Part shown: positions 27,970 through 38,241 of the stretch, in pieces | Layout of the letters: each line of letters opens with the position of its first letter | Position numbering within the stretch: position 1 is the first letter of the stretch | DNA from: an uncultured Actinomycetota bacterium | GTDB taxonomy: Bacteria; Actinomycetota; Humimicrobiia; Humimicrobiales; Humimicrobiaceae | Direction: 5' to 3' | NCBI GenBank assembly: GCA_964561115.1 | Contig: CAZLOE010000004.1 | Span: 70-64,069, forward strand | DNA length: 64,000 nucleotides | The notes under the pieces: generated by a model | Told to the model about the DNA's origin: nothing | Database searches by the model: none | Seen by the model: only the letters and a program-made list of their open reading frames with translations | Translations under genes and position numbers: made by a program

Positions 27970-29535
27970 ATGGAAAAAAAGAAAAACAAAAAAAATTCAA
28001 AGTCAGACCATATAGAGAATAAAGAAATATTTAACGGTAGGATTGAATATTTTTTAGAATCGGAAAAACCTTTTGGTGAGGCATTAAGAACAAAACTTGA
28101 GAAAGTAAAGGCTCTAAAGAAAAGCGGCAAAGAAATATATAAAACCAGATTTAATAAAAACTATAATGTAATAGATATAAAGAAACTTTATTCAAATCTG
28201 AAAAAAGACGACAGTGTCAGTGATATTTTTAAAATAGCAGGGAGACTTACCGGTTTTAGGAAACACGGTAAGGCTACTTTTAGCGATTTAAAAGATTTTA
28301 CAGGTAAGATTCAGCTGTATGCTAATTTAAAAAATTTAGGTGAAAAAAAATATAGTGAATTCTTAGACCTTGATATTGGTGACTGGGTAGGCGTGGAAGG
28401 AACTGTCTTTATGACCCATGCAGGAGAACTCTCGATAAATGTTTCCAAATTTGAACTGCTCAGCAAATCCTTAAGAATACTTCCTGAGAAATGGCACGGT
28501 CTTAAAGATAAAGAATTAAGATACAGGCAGAGATATCTGGATTTCATTGTAAATCCAGAGGTACAAAATGTTTTTTTGACCAGGATCAAAGTGATAGATG
28601 CTGTAAGAAGATTTTTAACTGAAAAAGGTTTTATGGAAGTCGAAACGCCGATGCTCCAGCCGATTCCGGGCGGTGCAGCAGCTAAACCATTTATAACTCA
28701 CCATAATGCTCTAAATACGGATCTTTATCTAAGAATTGCGCCTGAATTATATTTAAAAAGGTTGATCATCGGTGGTTTTGAAAAGGTTTTTGAAATAAAT
28801 CGAAATTTTAGAAATGAGGGCATATCCTACAAGCATAATCCCGAATTTACTATGCTTGAATTTTACCAGGCATATTCTGATTACAATGATATGATGGATC
28901 TGACAGAGGATTTAGTAAAATTTGTCTGCAAAGAAGCTATCGGTAAATCAAGTACAGTCTTCAGGGGTAATAATATTGATCTTGGAGGCCGGTGGGAAAA
29001 ATTTACTATGCTTGAAGCTATTGATAAATTTGGTAAAGTAAAAGTAAACTTTGACAGCAGTATAAAGGAGTTATCTAAAATATCGGAGAATCTGGATATT
29101 AAAATAGAAAAAGGCTCTGGAAAAGGAAAAATTATAAATGGAATTTTTGAAGCACTGGTAGAACCAAAGCTTATCCAGCCCACTTTTATAAAAGATTATC
29201 CAATTGAAATATCTCCGCTGGCCAAAAAGCACCCTAAAGATAAAAATTTAACTGAAAGATTTGAGCTCTTCATCGGGGGAGAAGAAATTGCTAATGCTTT
29301 TTCAGAATTGGTCGATCCCTGTGAACAATTAAATAGATTTAGGGACCAGGTAAAAAGCAAAAGTGAAGAAGAAAGAATTACAGGCAGGATTGACGTAGAT
29401 TTTCTCAAGGCTCTGGAATACGGAATGCCGCCCACCGGAGGAGAAGGAGTCGGGATCGACAGGCTGGTTATGATATTGACCAACAGCAATTCTATAAGAG
29501 ATGTGATCCTTTTCCCTGTACTCCGGCCTGAATAA
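27970..29535 (+). CDS. lysS: lysine--tRNA ligase (class II)
   Basis: OB anticodon-binding domain plus class-II motifs (FMEVETPML, ELYLKRLIIGGFEKVFEINRNFRNEG, GGEGVGIDRLVMIL). Confidence 0.9.
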   Translation: MEKKKNKKNSKSDHIENKEIFNGRIEYFLESEKPFGEALRTKLEKVKALKKSGKEIYKTRFNKNYNVIDIKKLYSNLKKDDSVSDIFKIAGRLTGFRKHGKATFSDLKDFTGKIQLYANLKNLGEKKYSEFLDLDIGDWVGVEGTVFMTHAGELSINVSKFELLSKSLRILPEKWHGLKDKELRYRQRYLDFIVNPEVQNVFLTRIKVIDAVRRFLTEKGFMEVETPMLQPIPGGAAAKPFITHHNALNTDLYLRIAPELYLKRLIIGGFEKVFEINRNFRNEGISYKHNPEFTMLEFYQAYSDYNDMMDLTEDLVKFVCKEAIGKSSTVFRGNNIDLGGRWEKFTMLEAIDKFGKVKVNFDSSIKELSKISENLDIKIEKGSGKGKIINGIFEALVEPKLIQPTFIKDYPIEISPLAKKHPKDKNLTERFELFIGGEEIANAFSELVDPCEQLNRFRDQVKSKSEEERITGRIDVDFLKALEYGMPPTGGEGVGIDRLVMILTNSNSIRDVILFPVLRPE

Positions 29536-29651
29536 ATCCGGGATATGATTTTGTTTTAATTACTCTGGTTTGCTTAAATATGCTAAAATATTAACGTATA
29601 AAGATAATCCGGGATTTTATCCGGATAAATATGTTAAGGGGAAATAATTAA

Positions 29652-32117
29652 ATGTTTGAAAGATTTACAGAAAGAGCGAGAAAAGTAGTGGTCAAGGCTC
29701 AGGATGAGGCAAGGTTCTTAAAGCAGAACTATATAGGTACTGAACATATACTGCTGGGTTTGATTGATGAGAAGGAAGGGATCGCAGCGAAAGTCTTTGA
29801 TGAGCTGAATATTAATTTTGAGGATATAAGGGAGGCAATAAAAGATGTGGTAACCGAGGGAACTTCCGAATCCTATGAGCATATACCTTTTACCCCCAGA
29901 GCAAAGAAGGTTCTGGAGCTTTCTTTAAGAGAAGCTCTTCAAATGGGTCATAATTATATTGGGACAGAGCATATACTGCTGGGACTCTTGAGAGAAGGAG
30001 AAGGAGTAGCAGCAAGGGTATTAAACAGTCTGGGAATTACTCTGGATAATGTAAAAGAAAAAGTTAAGGAACTCCTGAACAAGCAGTCTTATTATTCTCA
30101 GCCAGAAAAATCTCTGTCTGGAAGAAGTCAAAAAAAATCACTTAAGATGTTAATGCAGTTTGGAAGGGATTTGACTTCACTGGCAAAGGAAGGAAAACTT
30201 GACCCGCTGATAGGCAGGAGAAGTGAAATTGAAAGAATAATACAGATACTTTCCAGAAGGACTAAAAACAATCCTATCCTTATAGGAGAATCGGGAGTAG
30301 GGAAAACCGCAATTGTTGAAGGAATGGCACAATTTGTCTGTGAAGGCAAAATTCCTTCAAATCTTGCCAGTAAAAAGATATTCACCCTTGACCTGGGAGC
30401 TCTGGTCGCCGGTTCAAGATATCGAGGAGATTTCGAAGAAAGACTTAAAAAAGTACTGGGTGAGATCAAGGATGACGGCGATATTATACTTTTTATTGAT
30501 GAGGTACATACACTGGTAGGTGCCGGTGCCGCTGAGGGAGCTATAGATGCTGCCAGCATATTAAAACCAATGCTGGCAAGAGGAGAAATCCAGGCTATAG
30601 GTGCTACTACAGTAAGTGAATATCGAAAATATGTGGAAAAGGATAAGGCTCTTGAGAGGAGATTTCAGCCGATTTTTATAAATGAACCTTCTGTCTATGA
30701 GACTATTGAAATATTAAAGGGATTAAAGGACAGATATGAGGCATTTCATGGTCTTAATATAACCGATGATGCCATAGTGTCAGCTGCCAAATTATCCCAT
30801 AGATATATATCTGACAGATTCCTTCCGGATAAAGCAATTGACCTGGTTGACGAGGCTGCATCCAGGGTCAGGGTAAGAAATTTAACCGCTCCTCCTGATT
30901 TAAAGGGATTAGATGTAAATATTGAAAAAACCATAAGTGAAAAGAAAAAGGCGATAGAATCGCAGGATTTTGAAAAAGCAGCCCAGCTGCGTGATAAGGA
31001 GAAACGGCTGGTCAGAGAAAAAAAGAATATAGAAGAGACCAATACAAGAAGTAAAAAAACAGATAAGGGGGTCGTCAGTGAAATTGAAATAACGGAAGTT
31101 CTGTCAAACTGGACAGGTGTTCCTGTATATAAACTGACCTCCAGTGAATCTTCCAAGCTTCTTGGAATGGAAGATGAGCTTCATAAGAGGGTCATCGGTC
31201 AGGATGAGGCAGTAAAAACAGTCTCCAAGGCTATCAGGCGTTCCCGTTCCGGCCTTAAGGATCCCAAGAGGCCAATAGGTTCCTTTATGTTCCTGGGGCC
31301 TTCGGGAGTGGGAAAAACAGAACTTGCCAAAACAATAGCAGAATTTTTATTTGATAAAGAAGAAGCGCTGATACAGATTGATATGTCAGAATATATGGAA
31401 AAGCATTCAGTATCAAAGTTGGTCGGCTCACCGCCCGGATATGTGGGATATGATGAAGGTGGTCAGCTTACGGAAATGGTAAGGAGAAGACCATACAGCG
31501 TTATACTTCTTGATGAAATTGAAAAAGCACATCCTGATGTCTTTAATATATTACTGCAGATTTTTGAAGACGGCCATCTTACCGACTCTCAGGGCAAGAG
31601 AGTGGATTTTAAAAACACTGTTGTTGTAATGACTTCCAACCTGGGAGCAAGAGAAATACAAAAAAATACTCCTATGGGATTTAAGAAAATAAATACTGAA
31701 GATCTCTCTTACGATGAAATAAAAGAAAAGGTGATGAGTGAGTTGAAGCAGGCATTCAGGCCTGAATTTTTAAACAGGGTTGATGAAGTCATCGTATTTC
31801 ATAAATTACAGAAAAAGCAGATCTACAGCATTATGGATTTAATGATGTCAAGAGTACAGCAGCAGCTCGAACTTCAAGGGGTTATGATAGAGCTTAAAAA
31901 AAGTGCAAAGGACCTGCTGCTGGATAAAGGCTATGATTCCACTATGGGTGCAAGGCCTATGAGAAGATGTATACAAAATCTAATAGAGAATCCTATTTCA
32001 GAAAAATTGATCAGCGGCGAAGTCAAGTCAGGCCAGAAGATCGAAGTCAGCGCAAAAGATAAAAAGATGCGATTTGAGATTAAGAAGTTAAGTAGAAGCG
32101 GTATATTGAAAGTTTGA
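29652..32117 (+). CDS. clpC: ATP-dependent Clp protease ATP-binding subunit ClpC
   Basis: Two Clp_N repeats, UVR-like linker, two AAA+ modules (GESGVGKTA; GPSGVGKTE). Confidence 0.9.
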   Translation: MFERFTERARKVVVKAQDEARFLKQNYIGTEHILLGLIDEKEGIAAKVFDELNINFEDIREAIKDVVTEGTSESYEHIPFTPRAKKVLELSLREALQMGHNYIGTEHILLGLLREGEGVAARVLNSLGITLDNVKEKVKELLNKQSYYSQPEKSLSGRSQKKSLKMLMQFGRDLTSLAKEGKLDPLIGRRSEIERIIQILSRRTKNNPILIGESGVGKTAIVEGMAQFVCEGKIPSNLASKKIFTLDLGALVAGSRYRGDFEERLKKVLGEIKDDGDIILFIDEVHTLVGAGAAEGAIDAASILKPMLARGEIQAIGATTVSEYRKYVEKDKALERRFQPIFINEPSVYETIEILKGLKDRYEAFHGLNITDDAIVSAAKLSHRYISDRFLPDKAIDLVDEAASRVRVRNLTAPPDLKGLDVNIEKTISEKKKAIESQDFEKAAQLRDKEKRLVREKKNIEETNTRSKKTDKGVVSEIEITEVLSNWTGVPVYKLTSSESSKLLGMEDELHKRVIGQDEAVKTVSKAIRRSRSGLKDPKRPIGSFMFLGPSGVGKTELAKTIAEFLFDKEEALIQIDMSEYMEKHSVSKLVGSPPGYVGYDEGGQLTEMVRRRPYSVILLDEIEKAHPDVFNILLQIFEDGHLTDSQGKRVDFKNTVVVMTSNLGAREIQKNTPMGFKKINTEDLSYDEIKEKVMSELKQAFRPEFLNRVDEVIVFHKLQKKQIYSIMDLMMSRVQQQLELQGVMIELKKSAKDLLLDKGYDSTMGARPMRRCIQNLIENPISEKLISGEVKSGQKIEVSAKDKKMRFEIKKLSRSGILKV

Positions 32118-32123
32118 TTTCAT

Positions 32124-33239
32124 ATGACAGTAAATAAAAAAAAAGAAGAATTACTACTTAATTGTTTGAAGAAGGTAGCTCCCGGAACAGAGCTCAGATT
32201 AGGTATTGAGTATATACTTCAGGGAAGGACAGGGGGGCTGATTGTTGTTGGAGATACGGAAGAAGTATTAAAGCTGGTAAATGGCGGTTTCTATGTGGGA
32301 TGTAGTTTTTCTCCCACAAAATTTTATGAGCTTGCCAAAATGGATGGGGCTATTATATTAAGTTCTGATGGCAAGCGCATTTTGTATGCAAATACCCACC
32401 TTTTCCCTAATCCGGAAATTAAAACTTCCGAGACAGGTACCAGACACAGAACCGCAGAGAGAGTAGCAAAGCAGACCAATACTCTGGTTATTTCTATTTC
32501 TATGAAAAGAGATGTGGTCACAATATATAAAGGTGATATAAGATATATGCTTGAGGAGCCAAGGGTGGTCTTGTCCAAAGCAAATCAGGCATTACAGACA
32601 CTTGAAAAATATAAGGAAGGACTGGATGAACTTAAATTTAATCTGACCATAAGGGAACTTGAAGATATGGTCACGCTTTTCGATGTGACAGGTGTGCTTC
32701 AGAGGTCAAGTATCGTCCAGTGGACTGAGAAGGAAGTCAAGAAAAATATATATGAATTGGGTGTTGACGGAAGACTGTTAAGTATGCAGGTTGAAGAATC
32801 AATGGCCAATGTTGCCAGGGATTCATTGAATATCATAAGTGATTATGCAAATCAGACTGTCAACAATAAGCCGTTTGATATCAGAGAAAGGATAAACCAG
32901 CTCAGTGCGGAAAAGCTGCTTGATTTGAATAATATCGCAGGAATTCTGGGTTATAAGGTTGAAGGAAATCTAAAGGAATTTAATGTACATCCGAGAGGGC
33001 TTAGAATAGTTTCTGAAGTAAGAAGACTTCCTCAACAAATAATTATTAATTTAATCGATAAGTTTGGTAATTTAAAGAATATTCTAAATGCGAGTATAGA
33101 AAATTTAGCCAAAGTTGAAGGTATGGGAAAATCCAATGCTAAAACTTTATATGATAGACTAAAGAAGTTTTCAGAATATTACCTATATAACGAACTATAT
33201 GATAGAAAAGGAGGAACATTCCCAAAAATTAAAATATAG
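32124..33239 (+). CDS. disA: DNA integrity scanning protein DisA (diadenylate cyclase)
   Basis: DAC domain (GRTGGLIVVG, DGAIIL) plus a C-terminal HhH region. Confidence 0.85.
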   Translation: MTVNKKKEELLLNCLKKVAPGTELRLGIEYILQGRTGGLIVVGDTEEVLKLVNGGFYVGCSFSPTKFYELAKMDGAIILSSDGKRILYANTHLFPNPEIKTSETGTRHRTAERVAKQTNTLVISISMKRDVVTIYKGDIRYMLEEPRVVLSKANQALQTLEKYKEGLDELKFNLTIRELEDMVTLFDVTGVLQRSSIVQWTEKEVKKNIYELGVDGRLLSMQVEESMANVARDSLNIISDYANQTVNNKPFDIRERINQLSAEKLLDLNNIAGILGYKVEGNLKEFNVHPRGLRIVSEVRRLPQQIIINLIDKFGNLKNILNASIENLAKVEGMGKSNAKTLYDRLKKFSEYYLYNELYDRKGGTFPKIKI

Positions 33240-33325
33240 CATTTAACAGGATATTGTTTAAATTATTAAACTTATATATTCAGCAGTAAGCAGGTTTTTC
33301 AAATTAATAGTAGTGATGATAACTT

Positions 33326-34036
33326 ATGAATGTAGCGATAATTACAGCAGCTGGAAAAGGAACCAGGCTAAAAGGGAATATCAGCAAACAGTTTATGAAT
33401 ATATATGGTAAGCCAATATTAGCTCATACCATCAGTGCCTTCCAAAAGTCTTCAAAGATAAAAGAAATATATGTTTCAGTACCCAGAGACCATATAAAAT
33501 CATGCCGTAAGAACATAATCGAGAAATATTCATTCGACAAGGTAAAGAAATTAATTGCAGGCGGCAGCAGCAGGCAGGAATCTGTTTATAACGCCCTTAT
33601 AGAAGTACCTCCCAGTACTAAAATAGTTTCTATTCATGATGGTGTGAGGCCTCTTATTACGTCTGAAGAGATTGATTTGTTGATTAATACACTGATAAGG
33701 GAAAATAAAAAAGATTCTTTGGTAAAAGGTGTAATAATGGCCTCATCGGCGCGGGAGACTATAAAGATGATCAGTAAAAACAGCATCGATAGAACTATAT
33801 CAAGGGATAAGATCTGGCATGCTCAAACTCCGCAGGTTTTCTTTTATAATATTATTTTAAAAGCTCATAATAAAGCAAGAAGAGATAATTTCATTGGTAC
33901 GGACGATGCCTGTCTGGTGGAGAGTATGAACTGCAAGGTTAATATTGTAAGGGGCAGGCATGAAAATATAAAAATAACCACGCCTATTGACTTATTTTTA
34001 GCAGAGCTTATTATAACCAAGAACAACAGGAAATAA
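33326..34036 (+). CDS. ispD: 2-C-methyl-D-erythritol 4-phosphate cytidylyltransferase
   Basis: AIITAAGKGTRL nucleotidyltransferase motif. Confidence 0.85.
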   Translation: MNVAIITAAGKGTRLKGNISKQFMNIYGKPILAHTISAFQKSSKIKEIYVSVPRDHIKSCRKNIIEKYSFDKVKKLIAGGSSRQESVYNALIEVPPSTKIVSIHDGVRPLITSEEIDLLINTLIRENKKDSLVKGVIMASSARETIKMISKNSIDRTISRDKIWHAQTPQVFFYNIILKAHNKARRDNFIGTDDACLVESMNCKVNIVRGRHENIKITTPIDLFLAELIITKNNRK

Positions 34037-34076
34037 CTGTAAAATACTAAAACTTTTTTAGAAAGATTGGATTTTT

Positions 34077-34544
34077 ATGAGGATCGGATTAGGATTTGAT
34101 GTTCATGCTTTCAAAGCGGGCAGGAAATTAATACTTGGCGGGGTGGAAATAGGCCATCATGTAGGATTGGCGGGGCACTCGGACGCCGATGTTCTTGTGC
34201 ATGCTTTAATGGATGCTATTTTAGGTGCATGTGGACTGGGTGATATAGGGATCCATTTTCCTGATACCGATATGAAATATAGGGATATATCGAGTTTGCT
34301 GCTGCTGGATGATGTAACGAAAAAAATGAAGAAAAAGGGTCTGGAAATTGTTAACGTGGATTTGATTTTAATAATGCAGAAGCCAAATGTTTCCGGATAT
34401 TTTAAGGAAATGAAGAAGAATATAGCCGGAGTCCTGAATATAAAACAGAATATGGTAAATATAAAAGCGACCACCACAGAAGGTCTTGGATTTTGTGGAA
34501 GAGAAGAAGGAATTGCTGCGCAGTGTGTAGTTTTATTGAAATAA
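34077..34544 (+). CDS. ispF: 2-C-methyl-D-erythritol 2,4-cyclodiphosphate synthase
   Basis: [10 protein letters not shown]...[11 protein letters not shown] motif. Confidence 0.9.
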   Translation: MRIGLGFDVHAFKAGRKLILGGVEIGHHVGLAGHSDADVLVHALMDAILGACGLGDIGIHFPDTDMKYRDISSLLLLDDVTKKMKKKGLEIVNVDLILIMQKPNVSGYFKEMKKNIAGVLNIKQNMVNIKATTTEGLGFCGREEGIAAQCVVLLK

Positions 34545-34757
34545 AGTTTTATATTTTTGGAAGCGGCGTAGATATGGTCCCCCCATTTTTTATACTAAAA
34601 ATCACTTGCTGCAGGAAGATGCATATGAGGTCTTAAGGCTTGCTTGAATTCTTTTGACAATAATAAGAATATAGATTTTAATGAATAAGATAGTAAAACT
34701 TTTATAAAAATAACAGGTGAAAAACTAAAAGATTTAAAAATAGAAGTAGGCTGAATT

Positions 34758-35411
34758 ATGGGATTTATAGCTGAATTAAAGGACCTGGTAAAATCGGCAA
34801 AAGAAAGGGATCCGGCTGCTGTAAGCACTCTTGAGATTTTGCTTACTTATTCTGGGGTACATGCGGTAATAAATCACAGGATTGCTCACTGGCTTCACAA
34901 AAAAAGAGTACCCTTCCTTCCCCGCTGGATATCCCAGAGCAGTAAATTCTTTACCGGAATAGAGATCCACCCTGGAGCAAAAATAGGAAGAGGATTTTTT
35001 ATAGACCATGGTATGGGGGTAGTAATTGGAGAAACTTCGGAAATCGGTGATAACGTCACTCTTTACCAGGGAGTGACTCTTGGGGGAACAGGGAAAGAAA
35101 AGGGAAAGCGCCATCCTACTATTGGTGATAACGTGGTTATATCTGCCGGAGCAAAAGTCCTGGGTTCTATTGTAATAGGAAAAAATGTAATAATCGGTGC
35201 AGGTGCAGTGGTGGTAAAATCCGTACCTGATAATTGCACCGTAGTCGGCGTTCCCGGTAGGATTGTGAAAATAGGCGGGGAAAAAGTACTGTCGGATGAA
35301 TTTCATAGAATGCATTTACCCGACCCGGTAAGCGAGATTTTAAGTGATTGCTGCGCCAGAATAGAATTTCTGGAAAAGGAAATAAAGAAAACCCGGAAAA
35401 AGAAAAAATAA
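34758..35411 (+). CDS. cysE: serine O-acetyltransferase
   Basis: Left-handed beta-helix hexapeptide repeats ([31 protein letters not shown]). Confidence 0.8.
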   Translation: MGFIAELKDLVKSAKERDPAAVSTLEILLTYSGVHAVINHRIAHWLHKKRVPFLPRWISQSSKFFTGIEIHPGAKIGRGFFIDHGMGVVIGETSEIGDNVTLYQGVTLGGTGKEKGKRHPTIGDNVVISAGAKVLGSIVIGKNVIIGAGAVVVKSVPDNCTVVGVPGRIVKIGGEKVLSDEFHRMHLPDPVSEILSDCCARIEFLEKEIKKTRKKKK

Positions 35412-35439
35412 TCGATGCCTGAATATCAGGAGGGAAGTA

Positions 35440-36924
35440 TTGAGTTTAAAAATTTATAATACTTTACACCGTAAAAAAGAACTATTTAAATCGATAGAAG
35501 ATAGGAAAGTCAGGATGTATGTCTGCGGTCCTACTGTTTATAACTATATTTCAGTCGGTAATTCAAGACCGGTAATTGTCTTTAATATGGTCAGGAATTA
35601 TCTGGAGTTTTTGGGTTATAAAGTGGAATATGTACAGAATATTACAGATATTGAGGCTAAGATAATAAAAAAAGCAAATGAGGAAAGAGTCGACTATAAA
35701 GTGATAACTAACAGATATATCAAGGCTTTCCTGGATGATATTAAAAAACTGGAAATAGGTGGCTTTACCAAGATGCCCCTGGCAACAGAGATGATCCCGG
35801 AAATAATAAACATCATAAAAAAAATAATAGAAAATGGTTATGGTTATGTAGTAGACAGTAATGTTTATTTTGAAGTTGGTAAGTTCTCCGATTATGGGAA
35901 ACTTTCGAGACAGAATATAACTGAGATGCGGAATACAGATGAAAATGATTCTGATAAAAGAAACAGTATTGATTTTGCTTTATGGAAAAAAGCCAAGGAA
36001 GGTGAGCCTTCATGGGACAGTCCGTGGGGTAATGGAAGACCCGGCTGGCATATTGAGTGTTCTGCTATGTCAACTACTCTGCTGGACAGGAATATTGATA
36101 TTCACGGCGGCGGAATAGATCTTATATTTCCTCATCACGAAAATGAAATCGCGCAGTCCGAAGCTGCTTTTTTAAAAGAGGGAAGCTTTGTCAGGTATTG
36201 GATGCATAACGGTATGATAGAAGTGAAAGCGGGTAAGATGTCAAAGTCACAGGGATTGAAAAAAAATTGGGTATTAAAAAACCTGCTTAAAATACATTCT
36301 CCCGAGACTATCAAAATGTATATTCTTTCAACGCATTACAGAAGCCCTCTGGAATTCAGCATGAAAAAACTGGATGAAGCGGAGAAGGCTGTCGGAAGAA
36401 TCACAAATACTATGGGAAATATTGAATTTTTAATAAAGCAGGCAGAAAAACTATCCGGTAATGAAACCGGAAAAGAAGAAGATGCTGGTATTATATCAAG
36501 GATTGGCTCCTTTACCGGGAGACTTGATGATGACTTTAAAAAGTCTATGGACGATGACTTTAATTCGGCTAAAGCAATAGGCTATATATTCGAATTCATA
36601 AAAAATATAAACGGCATTATTCAAAAACCGGATTTTAAAATAGCTGCTTCCCTGAAGGGAAGTCTATATGGTGCATATGAAAAAATAGAAAAGCTGGGGA
36701 AAGTCCTGGGATTAATTTTCAAAAGTAATATCACGGAAATGAAGGAAAATATAAAAATTAAAACAAGGATCAAAAAAGATGAGATAGAAGAGCTGATAAG
36801 AGATAGAGAAACAGCGAGAGATAATAAAGATTTTAAAAAAGCTGATAAAATAAGGGATTACCTGTATGGTAAAGGTATAATCCTTGAGGATAGAAAAGAA
36901 GGCACCATCTGGAAGCTTAAATAA
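35440..36924 (+). CDS. cysS: cysteine--tRNA ligase
   Basis: HIGH region (CGPTVYNYISVGNSRP), KMSKS present, Zn-binding C. Confidence 0.9.
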   Translation: MSLKIYNTLHRKKELFKSIEDRKVRMYVCGPTVYNYISVGNSRPVIVFNMVRNYLEFLGYKVEYVQNITDIEAKIIKKANEERVDYKVITNRYIKAFLDDIKKLEIGGFTKMPLATEMIPEIINIIKKIIENGYGYVVDSNVYFEVGKFSDYGKLSRQNITEMRNTDENDSDKRNSIDFALWKKAKEGEPSWDSPWGNGRPGWHIECSAMSTTLLDRNIDIHGGGIDLIFPHHENEIAQSEAAFLKEGSFVRYWMHNGMIEVKAGKMSKSQGLKKNWVLKNLLKIHSPETIKMYILSTHYRSPLEFSMKKLDEAEKAVGRITNTMGNIEFLIKQAEKLSGNETGKEEDAGIISRIGSFTGRLDDDFKKSMDDDFNSAKAIGYIFEFIKNINGIIQKPDFKIAASLKGSLYGAYEKIEKLGKVLGLIFKSNITEMKENIKIKTRIKKDEIEELIRDRETARDNKDFKKADKIRDYLYGKGIILEDRKEGTIWKLK

Positions 36925-36941
36925 GAGTTTAAAAGACAAAA

Positions 36942-37721
36942 ATGAGTAAAAAGACAGATAATGAGTATCTGTACGGAATAAATTCTATTTTTTCACTGAT
37001 CACCAAAAACGCAGGCAGAAGAAAAATATATGAGGTTTTCCTTAACGGGAGTAAAAAAAAGGGCTTAAGAATACAGAATATTATTACGGAAGCCAGAAAC
37101 AGAAATATAGAGATTATTGAAGTTAAACCGGACCGGCTTGATAGCCTTTCTTTTGAAAATGCCAGCTCCCAGGGCATATATGCCAGGGTATCTCCATATA
37201 ACTATTGTGATCTTGAACAATACTTAGATAAGGAAAATCACAGTAAAGGAAGGCTGGTTATCCTGGACGGATTGACTGACGTGGGAAATTTTGGTTCAAT
37301 AATAAGGAATTGCGCTGCATTTAATTCTGAAGGAATAATCATAACCAAAAGAAGAAGCGTTTCTATAAATGAGAAGCTAAGCAGTATTTCTGCCGGGGCT
37401 CTGGAAGAAATAAAGGTGTTTAGAGTAGTAAATATTGTAAGGGCAATAAAGCAATTAAAAGAAAGAGGATTCTGGGTTTACGGTACCACGCTGGATATAA
37501 CTCCCCAAGTAAAATATTTAAATGACATTGATTTTACCTTTCCCATGGCGCTTGTTTTTGGAAGTGAAGACAAAGGAATAAGCAGGCTGGCCAGAGTCAA
37601 TTGTGATACTATGGTCTCAATAAGGCTAAGTGGTACCATGCAATCGCTGAATGTTTCAGTAGCAAGTGGAATTATTTTATACAGAATACAGGAGCAAATT
37701 GAAAGAGAACACCGGCAGTAA
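36942..37721 (+). CDS. rlmB: 23S rRNA (guanosine-2'-O)-methyltransferase, SpoU/TrmH family (YacO/RlmB)
   Basis: SpoU MTase motifs (LVFGSEDKGIS, MQSLNVSVASGIILY); conserved position after cysS. Confidence 0.8.
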   Translation: MSKKTDNEYLYGINSIFSLITKNAGRRKIYEVFLNGSKKKGLRIQNIITEARNRNIEIIEVKPDRLDSLSFENASSQGIYARVSPYNYCDLEQYLDKENHSKGRLVILDGLTDVGNFGSIIRNCAAFNSEGIIITKRRSVSINEKLSSISAGALEEIKVFRVVNIVRAIKQLKERGFWVYGTTLDITPQVKYLNDIDFTFPMALVFGSEDKGISRLARVNCDTMVSIRLSGTMQSLNVSVASGIILYRIQEQIEREHRQ

Positions 37722-38235
37722 AGATTTACTGATAGTAGACGGATATAATTTCATATTTAGATTTTTTAAGTCTGAGGGACTGAGTAATGAAAGCCTGAGC
37801 TATTTAAGAGAAAAGCTGATAGAAGATCTGATCTGGTATAAAAGTCAGAAGGATTGTGATGTAACAGTTGTTTTTGATGCCAGAAAAGGCAATAAGACCG
37901 GCATAACTACCCAGACCATAGATGAGGTAAAAGTCATCTTTTCCAGAAGGGGCAGGACAGCAGACGATTTTATTGAGGGGCTGATAAGCAAGAAGTCCGA
38001 TTATAGAAGGATATTTGTAGTAACATCTGACTATCTACAGCAGAAGGTCATTTTCAGGAAAAATGTATATCGAAAATCGACCAGGGAATTTAATCTTGAG
38101 ATCAAAAATTATAAGGATAAGGTAAGGGAAGACATAAAAAAAATGAAGGAGGGCTCTGAAAGAGCATTTTTTTCTTTTGAAAGAAGGTTGAACAGTAAAG
38201 TAAGAAAAAAACTTTTGGAACTGCGTGAGAAGTAA
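37699..38235 (+). CDS. NYN-domain ribonuclease (YacP/Rae1 family)
   Basis: DLLIVDGYNFIF N-terminal NYN motif. Probable TTG start at 37699 after AGGAG; the ORF-track ATG at 37666 lies deep inside rlmB. Confidence 0.6.
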   Translation: MKENTGSKDLLIVDGYNFIFRFFKSEGLSNESLSYLREKLIEDLIWYKSQKDCDVTVVFDARKGNKTGITTQTIDEVKVIFSRRGRTADDFIEGLISKKSDYRRIFVVTSDYLQQKVIFRKNVYRKSTREFNLEIKNYKDKVREDIKKMKEGSERAFFSFERRLNSKVRKKLLELREK

Positions 38236-38241
38236 GATTAA

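Noticed and set aside
29520-29560. Rho-independent terminator after lysS
   Set aside because: Only a 4-5 bp CCGG stem before a T-rich tract; too weak to call.
34545-34757. T-box riboswitch upstream of cysE
   Set aside because: No GGGTGG/ACCGCG T-box core was found by eye; left as an open question rather than a feature.
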